Shown here: in pieces, positions 12,410-24,530 of the stretch
Layout: each line of letters starts with the position of its first letter
How positions within the stretch are numbered: the stretch's first letter is position 1
DNA from: Octopus sinensis
Taxonomy: Eukaryota
Assembly: GCF_006345805.1 (NCBI RefSeq)
Contig: NC_043018.1
Span: 6,262,001 to 6,326,000 of the forward strand
DNA: 64,000 nt
Direction: 5' to 3'
Made by a program: the position numbers and the translations under genes
The notes under the pieces: model-generated
The model's database searches: none
What the model was told of the DNA's origin: nothing
What the model saw: only the letters and a program-made list of their open reading frames with translations

Positions 12410-12824
12410 TATATTTATATTTACTTATATCATTATTCTCTTTTATATATATTCTACTTATTATACAACATTGCTCTTTTATGTACACTTTTTTATGTAC
12501 ATTCCTTTATGTACACTGATTTGTTCTGCTTTTTATATTTAACCCTACAGTCTCTTATGTGGTGGTTTAATAAAGTATGTGATTGAGTATTATCTGGTAA
12601 TTGATATTTGATTTAGATGTATTTCTCCATTTTCTTATCTTGTATTAGTAATTTGTGGTAAATCATTTTACCTTTGCCCATATAATACAGTAAATGAATT
12701 AATTGCATTGCAATCATTAACATTTATGTATTAACTTTGTTGGGTAATTCACTAGCAGTATATTGGATATATGTTATCCCATGGAGGGTTGCATTTACAA
12801 CCCCTATCTCAATTTGTGTATATG

Positions 12825-12896
<72 letters not shown>

Positions 12897-14105
12897 CAGG
12901 GTGCGATGGGTAATTTTTTCCATTTTTATATTTTCAATTTCGTGCATGTACATTGTTTTTGATTTTGTTGACTATATAGTTTAGTAGAGTCAGTTGGGCA
13001 CCATCTGTGAGAAAAACAGCACCAAGATACAATTTACTCCACCAGAAATTTGGAAACACCATGCTGTACTGATTGGTGTTTGAGCCTGAAACTCCCATAG
13101 GAACATTTCAGTGTCCATCTGAGGACAGTGCCAAGGATTCGGAAAGAGTTGGATGAGTCTAATGGTGATTACGAAGGTACTGCTGCTTGGAACACTCACC
13201 CTGTTGGTGAGATCCAGGCCATGATTGACAATGATCCCTCCAAGTCAATCAGGTCCATCACTAGGGACATAGGAGTGTCTGAGTATTCCTCATACAAGGT
13301 GAGCAAGGTCCAATTTTTATCCCAGGCCATCAAGGACAAGAGGAAAGACCATGCTACATAGCTTTTGGATAAACCCAAGCATCCCCTCCAACCAAACATG
13401 CTTTGGTTTTTCTCAAATGAGAATAATTTCTGCCAGGATCAGATGGTAAACACACAGAACAACCTGTGTCCCCAAAACATACTGAGAGTGATAAAAATCA
13501 AACATCCAGTTAACATCATAGTGTTTTGAGTGATCAATAGTGATGGTGATGTTATGCCTCCATTCATCTTCCCACATGGCCTCAGACTCAACACAGAAGC
13601 CTACATGAAGTGCCTGGAAAAGGTAGTGCTACCTTGGGTCAAGAGGATGGCTGCTGGAAGACCTTATGTCTGGCAACAGGTCTCTGCACCATGCCACACA
13701 AGCAAGAGAACCCAGTGATGGCTGTCAGACAACTTCTGCAACCACATTACCCCTAACATCTGGCCATCTAACTCCCCAGACTGCAACCCACTTGATTATT
13801 ATGTGTGGGGTGCTGTTGAGCAGGAGACCAACAAAACTCCTTGTAACACCAAAGATGAACTGGAGACAAGGATGATGGCCGTGTTCACCAACTTAAACAA
13901 GGAGACTGTCCAGAAGAGTTGCAGGAGATTCCAAAGTCGTCTGGAGGCCGTGGCTGAAGCCCATAGCAATTTTATTGAATAAATTGACTCTTTAATATTT
14001 CAAGATATTTTTATGTAATTTTGGTAAATATATCTGTTAAAATATGATGTCAGTGTTATTTTAATTTTTGTGTAATTTAGACGACAGTTTATTCACCATA
14101 CTCTG
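12897..14105 (+). mobile_element. maT/DD37D mariner transposon, defective
   Basis: TA-CAGGGTGCG left end, CTCTG-TA right end; WFFSNE...WQQVSAPCH...SPDCNPLDY with 37 residues between the second and third catalytic positions; stops and frameshifts. Confidence 0.88.
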
Positions 14106-15269
14106 TATATATATGTATATCATCATCATCATCATTTAGCATCCACTTTCCATGCTAGCATGGGTTGGACGGTTCATCTGGGGTCTGGGAAGCCAGAAGG
14201 CTGCACCAGGCCCAGTCTGATCTGGCAATAGATAGATAGATATACACAAACACATTTTTACGCACGTATATATACACATATAAGCATGCACACACACACA
14301 CACACACACACACATGTCTTTAATTATTAATAATGAAAAATATGTATAGTCATGTTTTTGAATTCTATTTTCCTGTTTCGTAGACACAAACTGAAACAAG
14401 CCCACCGTATGTATGTGTGTGTAGCATCTATGGATGTGTGTTTGCGTGCTATTGTCTTCTTACCTTGACTTCATGTGACAGTCGTAAACAAATGTCACCA
14501 TCATGCAAGTGGAGTGATGTTAGCAATGATGATGATGATGACAACTATGATGACAATGATGATGGTGGCGATGATGATATCTATACACACAAAGCTAGAC
14601 AGCTAAATCGAGACTATATTAATAGTTGTTTTTTTTTTTCATTATTATTTGAATAAGTATCAGTAATGAAGAATTAATACCTTGATAAAAATACTTTTAT
14701 GGCCCTTGACTTCCATGTTTTTATAGATAGATAGATAGACAGACAGACAAACAGATGTATGTACATGTCCCATTGCATGGTACCTTAGGCAAGTGTCTTT
14801 AACTGTAGTCCTAAGGTTTTTGGGTGAATTTGGTAGCCCATCATATCCACAAGCCCCCTCCTAGCTGCTCTGTTCCCACTCACTACAACTCACCTCATAC
14901 CTTGAGGGGCCACCTGGACACCTCACTGTTACTGATTCATTCTCCATCTCTCTCTCCCTTAAATGTGAGGGGTCATGTAGCTTCTCTGCAACAAGATCCT
15001 GTTCTCCCTCAATCTCTTCTCTCAAACCTTAATCCCCATCTAACATAAAAAAACCTCCCTCTCCAGGTGTTGTAGACTTGCAAGTTGCATTGTGTCCTCA
15101 ATATAAGATCACTTTGCAACCATGTGAGTTCAAGTTTTGTTCCACTGCATGGCACCTTCGACAAGTGTGTTCTACTGTAGCCCCTGGCTGGTGGGATGAA
15201 AATAGTACCAAGTACAGTAATCTCTCGCCATATCGTGGGTCATCTCTCGTGGTTTATCATTTACATCGA

Positions 15270-15815
15270 TTCTTATGTATATATATGAGGGTTCAAATTC
15301 CACCGAGGTTGACTTTGCCTTTCATCATTTCGGGGTCGATAAAGTAAGTACCAGTTATGCACTGGGGTCGATGTAATCGACTTAATCCGTTTATCCTTGT
15401 TTGTCCCCTCTGTGTTTAGCCCCTTGTGGTTAGTAAAGAAATATAGGAGTAGTTGTGTGGTAAGTAGCTTGCTTATCAACCACATGGTTCCGGGTTCATT
15501 CCTGCTGTGTGGCACTTCTACTATAGCCTCAGGCCGACCAAAGCCTTGTCAGTGGATTTGGTAGACAGAAACTGGAAGAAGCCTGTCGTATATATGTATA
15601 TATATATGTGTGTGTTTGTGTGTCTGTGTTTGTCCCCCTAGCATTGCTTGACAACCGATGGTGGTGTGTTTATGTCCCGTAACTTAGCAGTTCAGCAAAA
15701 GAGACTGATAGAATAAGTACTAGGCTTACAAAGAATAAGTCCTGGGGTCGATTTACTTGACTAGAAGGCGGTGCTCCAGCATGGCCACAGTCAAATGACT
15801 GAAACAAGTAAGAGA
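15270..15815 (+). mobile_element. partial family B SINE followed directly by a family A SINE
   Basis: Nin core 15290-15441 then GGAGTAGTTGTGTGGTAAG head at about 15445. Confidence 0.8.
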
Positions 15816-16414
15816 TAAGAGAGATATATATATGATGGGCTTCTTTTCAGTTTCCGTCTACCAAATCCACTCACAAGACTTTGGTTGGCTTGTGGCTATA
15901 GTAAAGGACACTTGCTCAAGGTGCCGTGCAGTGGAACTGAACCCGGAACCATGTGCTCGGGAACCAAGCTTCTTACCACACAGCCACTAAATCCACTGAT
16001 AAGACTTTGGTGCCATGTTGAGGAACTGAACCCAAGATCACTTGATTATAGTGAAGGAAGCTGCTTAACCACACAGCTAATTATAGCTTGCCCAAGGTGT
16101 CACTCAGTGGGACTGAACCCAGAACCATTTGGTTGGGAAGCAAGCTTATTACCACACAGCCACGCCTTTTTATATGTATATTGGTTTCAAATTTTGGCAC
16201 AAGGCCAGCAATTTTCGGTGAGGGGTCGATTGCATTGACCCTAGTTCTTAACTGATACTTTTTTTTATTGATCCTGAAAGGCAAAGTTGACCTCGGTGGA
16301 ATTTGAACTCAGAATGGGAAGATGGACGAAATACCACCTGAGCATTTTGCCTGGTGTGCTAACAATACTACCATCTCACCACCTTACACACACACATGCA
16401 CACACACACAAACA

Positions 16415-16451
<37 letters not shown>

Positions 16452-17176
16452 ATCATCATTTAACATCTGTGACCCATGCTGGCATGGGGTGGACAGTTTG
16501 ACTGGGCTGCACCAAGATCTAGTCTGATTTGGCATGGTTTTCCATGGCTTGATGCCCTTCCTAACACCAAACACTCCAAGAGTGTAATGGGTGCTTTTAT
16601 GTGCCACCAGCATGTGTGCCATTGGCGTGACACTGGTATCTTCTACGACTGCAATTTTGCTCGGTTTGATGGATCTTCTTCTCAAGCACAGCACAATGCC
16701 AAAGGTCTTGGTCATTGCCTCCTTGTGGCCCGACATACTATGGATAATTGTCAGCTCATTACAGCTGTTTCGTATGCATTTTTTAATAGAAGAATGAGAA
16801 GATTATTTCATTACAAAAAGAAGCCCTAATCATCAAATGAAACATGATTTTACAGACAAAAGAATATCCCAAGAATACAAAAGGGATGTGGCTGAAGTCT
16901 GTATATGCTAATGATGAAAACCCTAGACTATACCAGCAATGTACAATTCAATGTAACGCGTTCTTTGGACCAGCACCTAGGGGCTAAATGCTCATCGGGT
17001 TGGTTTTCTTTGTGTACACAACCAGAATATCGTGTTTGATACTTATCAACCATTGGCCGGAACCTCAGGTTTATCCAACCCTACAGGGTGCATATCTTTT
17101 CAAGTACCTGATTCTATCTGAATTTCTATTTTACTATATGTATGTATGTATGTATGTATGTATGCATGTATGTATA

Positions 17177-17208
<32 letters not shown>

Positions 17209-17227
17209 TATGTGTGTGTGTATATAT

Positions 17228-17785
17228 ATATATATATGTTTGTGTCAGGTCACTTTCAAGTGCTACTGGTAACATGTAACCCAGTACAACCTATTGCATG
17301 GTTGGGTCGTTGGCGACTAAACCGGAAACCTCACCAAGCTTGCTTGGTGAAGAGGGTGTTTATTGGACACCCTGCGGGATGAAAAACAAAACCCATCAAA
17401 GGGCGGAGGAACTCTTGAGAGTCAACGGCCATTCAATAAATGTCTTAAGGCTGTATCAGGCACGGGGACATAGAAATAATCGGACTGAATACCCGATCGC
17501 GCGGTTAAACCATTGGGAGTGAAGGACTCCTAGCCTTTGTTAGGGCATCCTTCTAGGAGAAGGTAACTCAGGTAACTGGGATAACTCCGACATAAAACCT
17601 GCGGCTCAGTGGTTACCGATGATGTTGACTTGTTCTTCTTTTCAGATTATGGCTGCTGTTGCTTAGTGAGTGGGATTGACTCAGTGCACAGCTTTTCCTC
17701 ACTATAAAAAAATCTTCTTGCACAGGCATTGCATGATAACGACATTGATTAAGCTTTGTGCAATTGCCATACTCGATAACGAGGG
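17228..17785 (+). mobile_element. non-autonomous RTE derivative (5' UTR-like part joined to RTE 3' tail)
   Basis: Hairpin-rich 5' part with GGGCATCCTTCTAGGAGAAGGTAACTC; last about 45-70 bp match the 3' end of the RTE at 24531 (reverse complement); no ORF. Confidence 0.55.
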
Positions 17786-17786
17786 G

Positions 17787-17816
17787 ACAGCCACTATATA
17801 TGTATGTATATATAAG

Positions 17817-17851
<35 letters not shown>

Positions 17852-17955
17852 TATGTGTGTGGTGTGTGTGTGTGTGTGTTGTGTGTGTGTGTGGTGTGTG
17901 TGTATATATGTGTGTGTGTGTGTGTGTATATATATATGTGTGTGTGTGTGTATAT

Positions 17956-18018
<63 letters not shown>

Positions 18019-18189
18019 GTGTGTGTGTGTGTATATATATATATGTGTGTGTGTGTGTATATATTATATATGTGTGTGTATGTATGTGTGTATATGTATA
18101 TATATATATATATATGTATATGTATATAGATATATATATATATATGTATATATACATACATATATATATATATATACACACATACATAC

Positions 18190-18222
<33 letters not shown>

Positions 18223-18270
18223 TACATATACACATACACACACACACACATATATCTATATATATATATT
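17787..18270. repeat. (TA)/(TG) compound microsatellite
   Basis: Direct inspection. Confidence 0.95.
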
Positions 18271-18768
18271 AGAAGCACAATAATGTTGAAGTTCGATTAT
18301 TTTGTTATTAAGAATCTTGTTTCTTTATTATTCATTCATGTTTGGTTTGGAACAATGCCATTCCTGAATCTATTTCATATGTGATGTCTTGGGACTTTCA
18401 CAGTTTCATTTTCAAAACAAATTCTTGGAACAGTATACACTTCGCATGTTCTGCTGTCACAAAGATTTTTTGGGAATATTTTTATAACTGATGAAATCAT
18501 CAAAACCAGATTTAAAATTGTAGGATGATAAATCCTTGTAGATTTCATGATAACTTGATATATAATTTTTTAATAAATGTAACCTGCGTGTTTAGATTAG
18601 GGTTGCACTTTGTTATTAGTGAAGATTCTGTATATGTGTGTGTGTGTGTGTCTGTGTGTCACGCAATATTAACATAAAGAAGCACCCACAAATGCACGCA
18701 TGCAAACACTCAGGTACATACGTACAAACATACATAATTTTTATGTGTATATCTGTGTAGGCGCAGGA

Positions 18769-19167
18769 GTGGCTGTGTGGTAAGTAGCTTGCTTACCAGC
18801 CACATGGTTCTGTGTTCAGTCCCACTGCGTGGCACCTTGGGCAAGTGTCTTCTACTATAGCCTCAGGCCGACCAAAGCCTTGTGAGTGGATTTGGTGGAC
18901 GGAAACTGAAAGAAGCTCATCGTATATATGTATATATATGTGTATGTGTGTGTGTATGTTTGTGTGTATGTGTTTGTCCCCCCACCCCCAACATCACTTG
19001 ACAACTGATGCTGGTGTGTTTACGTCCCCATAACTTAGAGGTTCAATAGCCTAGTACCGATAGAATAAGTACTAGGCTTACAAAGAATAAGTCCTGGGGT
19101 CGATTTGCTTGACTAAAGGCGGTGCTCCAGCATGGCCGCAATCAAATGACTAAAACGAGTAAAAGAG
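18769..19167 (+). mobile_element. SINE family A, complete
   Basis: Head, internal TA/TG spacer and AAGTAAAAGAG-type tail. Confidence 0.9.
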
Positions 19168-19196
19168 TGCGTGTTTGTGAAATATATGTGTGTGTG

Positions 19197-19246
<50 letters not shown>

Positions 19247-19309
19247 ATATATAATATATATACACACATATATATACACACATATACACATACATGTATA
19301 CATAAATAT

Positions 19310-19347
<38 letters not shown>

Positions 19348-19579
19348 TATAATAAAAATAATAATAATAATAATAATAATTATATTAGGGAGTATCACCA
19401 AACGTACCTAGTCTTTTTACTTATATATTTTTTACTCATTTTTTTGTATTTTTTGTGATCTAGTTATATGTTTTATAATCTATTTATTTTTTTCTTTATG
19501 ATTTGATTTATGCCTATCATTGTTTGAATTACATAATTTTGTCTAAGTTATATATATATATATTATATACATATACATA

Positions 19580-19658
<79 letters not shown>

Positions 19659-19679
19659 CACACACATGTATATATAGTG

Positions 19680-19713
<34 letters not shown>

Positions 19714-20039
19714 CATATATATGTATATGTATATGAAACTTTAAATGCCAAACAATAAGATGCTTCTTGGAAATAAAATTACTTCTTCGAATCCCTTTAT
19801 GTGTGTGTGTGGTTTATTATAGTGCTTCTGTTTACCATTTTTGTCCTGCCAGTTTTCCCCCTTTCCCCTCCTCTTACCCACTAAAACAATACCAAGATGC
19901 GATTTGGAAATTAAATTTACTTCTCTCAATCAATTCCATGTTTGCACATGATTCAGGAGAACCATTTTATTAATTTTTTTTTTTGAGCAATTTGGTGCCC
20001 CGTATCATATGGTAAAATCCAGTCTGCGATGCCCGGTTT

Positions 20040-20290
20040 AAAACCCATAAAATAAAGCTTGTACAGCGGCTTGGGAACAGCCCCGAACTTAAACATAGAT
20101 GGAAAATTTATGGTAAAAACTCAAGCGGATGGCAATGGTTTCCAAAGCCATGCAGTTAATTGAAGTAATCATTGATGCCTGGCTTAGAATCATAAATCTT
20201 TGGTAAGCTGAAGAAACTTATTGCTTCCTTGCCAAGAAGAATTGATAATTTGGTAATCAGTGCAAAAAGTTACACTAAATATTCTTGCAA
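20040..20290 (+). pseudogene. Tc1 transposase C-terminal relic
   Basis: MENLW*KLKRM...LIEVIIDAW...KLKKLIASLPRRIDNLVISAKSYTKY across frameshifts. Confidence 0.65.
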
Positions 20291-20994
20291 ACTGTCAAAT
20301 TCTAAATTAAATAAAAAGGTTTTGTTTTATAATGAATTGCGTATGATTTGGGTAGTGGAGGTACGTGGCTTAGTAGTTAGAGCGTTGGACTGATGATCAT
20401 AAGATTGTGGTTTCGATTCCTGGACTGGGCAATGTGTTTTGTTCTTGAGCAAAACACTTCATTTTATTTTGCTCCAGTCCACTCACTTGGCAAAACTGAG
20501 TAATCCTGCAATGGATCAGCATCCCATTCAGGTAGGGAATACATACGCCATGAAACTAGGAAACTGGCCCTTATGACTCGGGAAGGACCTTTGTTATATA
20601 GGGCGGAGAGCTGGCAGAATTGTTAGCACACCAGGATAAAATGCTTGGCAGCATTTCATCCATCTCTATGTTCAAATTCCACTGAAGTCAACTTTGTCGT
20701 TCATTTTGTGGAGGCACATGGCTCAGTGGTTAGGGTGTTGGACTCATGATTGTAAGATTGTGGTTTCGATTCCTGGACTGGCAATGTGTCTTCTTGTTGA
20801 GCAAAACACTTCATTTCATGTTGCTCCAATCCACTCAGCTGGCAAAAATGAGTAACACTGCAATGGACTGACATCACATCCAGGTGGGGAATATATGCCA
20901 TGAAACCAGGAAATCAGCCCTTGTAGGTCAGCATGACTAAAGAAGGTAACTTTACCTAACTTTACCTAATTTATATACCGTAAATCCTTGAGTA

Positions 20995-21180
20995 TAATCC
21001 GCATTTTTTCCCCAAAATTTAAAGGTCAAAATCCCTAGTGCGTATTATATACAAGGTTAAAAATGAAAAATATTTTCTAAGCAATGTCCGAGTCTCTATT
21101 TGCTGTCCAGTAATGTTTATTCAGACGCATTTTGTGATGTCAGGCGCGAAAATACCTAAGCTAAGCCTGAAAGCAATGAA
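20995..21180 (+). mobile_element. pogo/Tigger-like DNA transposon terminus
   Basis: TACCGTAAATCCTTGAGTATAATCCGCA resembles pogo-family TIR starts. Confidence 0.5.
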
Positions 21181-21425
21181 GTCAGTGATCCTTCTGTGTT
21201 TCTAAGCCCTGTAAAAGAATACAGAAAGTTGGGCCTCCAACCAGGCCTTTCATGATACCCTTAAAGCCAGGAACTTTTTGGCACACCCTCTTATATACAC
21301 ACAGACATATATATATATATATATATATGTATGTATAGCAAGGAAAAATTGTAAAAATGCAGAAAGCTAAATTGAAAGAAAATTTTTATGAAATGAGAAA
21401 TTGAAAAAATATATAAATATATATT

Positions 21426-21467
21426 TATTCAAACCGGTTTTCATCATAGTGTGACTTATCAAGAATA
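21426..21467 (-). ncRNA. type I hammerhead, U3-A8 core variant
   Basis: TATTC TTGATAA GTCA cacta TGAT GAAA ACCGGT T T GAATA: stem I 5 bp, stem II 4 bp, palindromic stem III AACCGGTT. Confidence 0.7.
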
Positions 21468-21551
21468 GTTAGGTAAAAAAAGTTTTTTATATATATATGT
21501 ATGTATATATATATATGTATATATATATATATGTATGTATATATATATATA

Positions 21552-21589
<38 letters not shown>

Positions 21590-21822
21590 TACAATATGTT
21601 ACATTACTCGGTAGTCAAGATAAAACTCTGAGTTTCAGATGCCGAAGTGGAAATCCACAACACCATCTCTTCGGTTATCTGGCTATTTGAAAACGTTATG
21701 AAAAAATACCCTTAAAAATGAAGGGAAATTTCTCTGTTATTACTCTGCTTGCCTGCGTACTTATACATCGCTCGCATTTTTCGTCATAAAAATTATATAA
21801 AAATACATGCAGGAATAAAGAA

Positions 21823-22260
21823 TTGTGCCCGCTGAATGGAGCTTGCATGTCCAAGACCATCATATATGAAGCTACCGTAAACTCTATAACCACTAAAGAC
21901 ACCGTTTCGACGAAGAAATACGTGGGCCTTACAGAGGGTAATTTCAAGGCCAGGTTCAACAACCACACTTTGAGCTTTAGGCACTGGAACAAAAGAAAAG
22001 CGACACAATTATCCAATCATATTTGGTCTTTAAGAGATAAAGGTGTCGATTATAACATACAATGGAAGATTTTGGCCAGATGTAAGCCCTATACTAACGG
22101 CAGTGGAAGGTGCGGTCTATGCGACATGGAGAGATGGCTTATCTGGAAAAGCAGCTTAGACCCTACTACATGTCTAAATACAAGGACAGAGCTTTTCGGA
22201 TCATGCCCACATGTGACTAAATTTCTGTTACGTTTTTGGTCCCCTAAAGAAAATGGATAG
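21823..22260 (+). CDS. GIY-YIG endonuclease domain of a Penelope-like element (fragment, frame intact)
   Basis: CPLNGAC..TIIYEATV..YVGLTEGNFKARFNNH..LSNHIW..WKIL..CGLC..LNTRTEL...CPH motifs. Confidence 0.85.
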   Translation: MCPLNGACMSKTIIYEATVNSITTKDTVSTKKYVGLTEGNFKARFNNHTLSFRHWNKRKATQLSNHIWSLRDKGVDYNIQWKILARCKPYTNGSGRCGLCDMERWLIWKSSLDPTTCLNTRTELFGSCPHVTKFLLRFWSPKENG

Positions 22261-22445
22261 AACATGCTTTCTGTGTTATGTCCCAAGAAGAATTTATATA
22301 TTTTTATATATTTTTTATGTATTTTTATATAATTTTTATGACGAAAAATGCGAGCGATGTATAAGTACGCAGGCAAAGCAGAGTTATAACAGAGTAATTT
22401 CCCTTCATTTTTAACGGTATTTTTTCATAACGTTTTCAAATAGCC

Positions 22446-22508
22446 AGATAACCGAAGAGATGGTGTTGTGGATTTCCACTTCGGCATCTGAAACTCAGAG
22501 TTTTATCT
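22446..22508 (+). ncRNA. hammerhead-like motif, U4C variant (identical inverted copy at 21618-21680, minus strand)
   Basis: AGATAA CCGAAGA GATG...CATC T GAAA CTCAGAG T T TTATCT; extra T before GAAA. Confidence 0.5.
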
Positions 22509-22621
22509 TGACTACCGAGTAATGTAACATATTGTATAGATAAATTTCCTCTATTTACATAATATTGAGGTCTCTTTCTTTCTTTTGTTATCTTACCGTT
22601 TTATCAATATATATATATATA

Positions 22622-22770
22622 TAATCAAAATAAGCAACAAGAATGACTCCAGTAATTTGGTACGATCATTTTGTGTTACATCATTTTATTAAATGTTGTA
22701 AGTATTACAATGATGTAGCACGAAAGATCGTACCAATTACCGGAGTCATTCTTGTTGCTTATTTTGATTA
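22622..22770. mobile_element. short foldback made of two PLE 3' termini
   Basis: About 60-bp inverted arms; AAGCAACAAGAATG...TACGATC shared with the PLE end at 44740-44775. Confidence 0.6.
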
Positions 22771-22837
22771 TAATCACCCCAAGGATTTTTATGGATAACA
22801 CCGTACAGAATTCTGGTGCATCTAAATTTTTGCTGAA

Positions 22838-22885
<48 letters not shown>

Positions 22886-22886
22886 G

Positions 22887-23239
22887 TAATAGTTATCGCC
22901 AAGCTAACATGACAGTCCAGGAAAATAGGACGAATGCTGCCATTGTTTAGCTCCAAGAGGCCATCTCCTCTCGCTAGCTATGTGACACACAAACCTCTGT
23001 CCATTATAACCTTCGAACAGGTGAGGTCAGCTGCTTCCCCTAGCTGATCTGGCATCTACAGACTAGTTTCAGGGTATTTTCCTAGTTTCGGGGTATTTTC
23101 TCCTTATCAATGTAAGTTATAATGGACACAGGTTTGTGTGTCACATAACTAGCTAGAGGTAATGGCCTCTTGGAGCTAATCAACAGTAACATTAATCTTA
23201 TTTTTCTGGACTGATATGTTAGCTTGGCGATAACTATTA
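22887..23239. mobile_element. MITE-like palindromic element
   Basis: About 125-bp imperfect inverted arms (TAATAGTTATCGCCAAGCTAACAT.../...ATGTTAGCTTGGCGATAACTATTA); a terminus of the family recurs at about 58605-58640. Confidence 0.75.
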
Positions 23240-23307
23240 ATATCCAGTAATGCTGCTGTAGTCTCCTTTAGAGAGACTTAGAAATATCAATATTTCTATG
23301 TGTATGT

Positions 23308-23386
<79 letters not shown>

Positions 23387-23394
23387 CAATATAT

Positions 23395-23790
23395 AATCAT
23401 CATCGTTTAACGTCCATTTTCCATGCTAGCATGGGTTGGACGGTTCAACTGGGGTTTGGGAAGCCAAGAGGCTGCACCAGGCTCCAGTCTGATCTGGCAG
23501 TGTTTCTACAGCTGGATGCCCTTCCTAACGCCAACCACTCCGTGAGTGTTGTGGGTGCTTTTTACATGCCACCGGCACACAGGCCTGGCCAGGCTGGCAA
23601 ACGGCCACGATTGGTTGGTTCTTTTTACGTGCCACCGGCACGGAAGCCAGTCAAGGCGGCGCTGGCATTGGCCACGTTCGGATGGTGCTTTTTACGTGCC
23701 ACCAGCACAGGTATCACAACTACAATTTCCATTTGATTTTTGATGTTGATGTACTTGACTCAATAGGTCTCCTCAAGCACAGCAAGTCGC
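23395..23790 (-). mobile_element. RTE 3' UTR copy
   Basis: Same tail family with internal GTGCCACCGGCAC subrepeats. Confidence 0.85.
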
Positions 23791-24328
23791 CCTACGATCC
23801 AAGGTAAAATAAAACTAATGGTAATATCAAAAGGAGTTGTTTCAGTTTAATTCAATAAGTAGTAATGGGGTGAAAGTGTTGGTGATGGGGCGAGGGGTAA
23901 TCGTAATAATAATAATACTGGGACAATGATAATAATAATAATAGTAACAATAAGAATAATAAATCCTTGCCAATAACATCGATAAATCTAAACACCTCCA
24001 GTTAAGCGGATTGATTAAAAGATTACAGCCAAACCTTTAATCCGCCAATGTTACTTCTCTATTCTATATTCACTCTGAAAGTCAGAGAGTGGCTGAAGTT
24101 AGAAGCGGGAAGTGTTGATAGACAACAAAATGGTAAGATAAAGAGATAGGGGGGGGGGGGAGAAAAGAAAAGAAAAACACCAAAAGAAAAAGAAAAGGAA
24201 CAAAAAGAAGTTTAGTTTGAATATAGAAATGTGGCTGGCAGAATAACAACTCTCTTTTAGTAGACAGTGAAGGGATTTCATTGAAAAAGAAATGTTTGTA
24301 TCAAAAGGATATTTATATATATGTGTAC

Positions 24329-24368
<40 letters not shown>

Positions 24369-24530
24369 ATATATATATATATATACACACATACATATAT
24401 ACACATACATATATATATATACACATACATATATATATATATACATACATATATACACATACATATATATATACACACATACATATATATATATGCACAC
24501 ATACATACATACATATATATATATATTATA

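Larger units (their letters stand above)
11569..12644. mobile_element. Penelope-like terminal-repeat foldback (inverted arms 11569-11805 and 12137-12644)
   Basis: Long inverted repeat; the right arm is interrupted by a SINE; a decayed hammerhead lies at the inner edge. Confidence 0.65.
21586..22605 (+). mobile_element. Penelope-like element (Naiad-like), 5'-truncated, with about 220-bp inverted terminal repeats
   Basis: Arms 21586-21808 and 22317-22540 are near-perfect reverse complements flanking a GIY-YIG ORF. Confidence 0.85.

Noticed and set aside
17228-17620. HDV-like ribozyme expected at some RTE 5' ends
   Set aside because: I could not find the nested pseudoknot or L3 motif by eye; needs a descriptor search.
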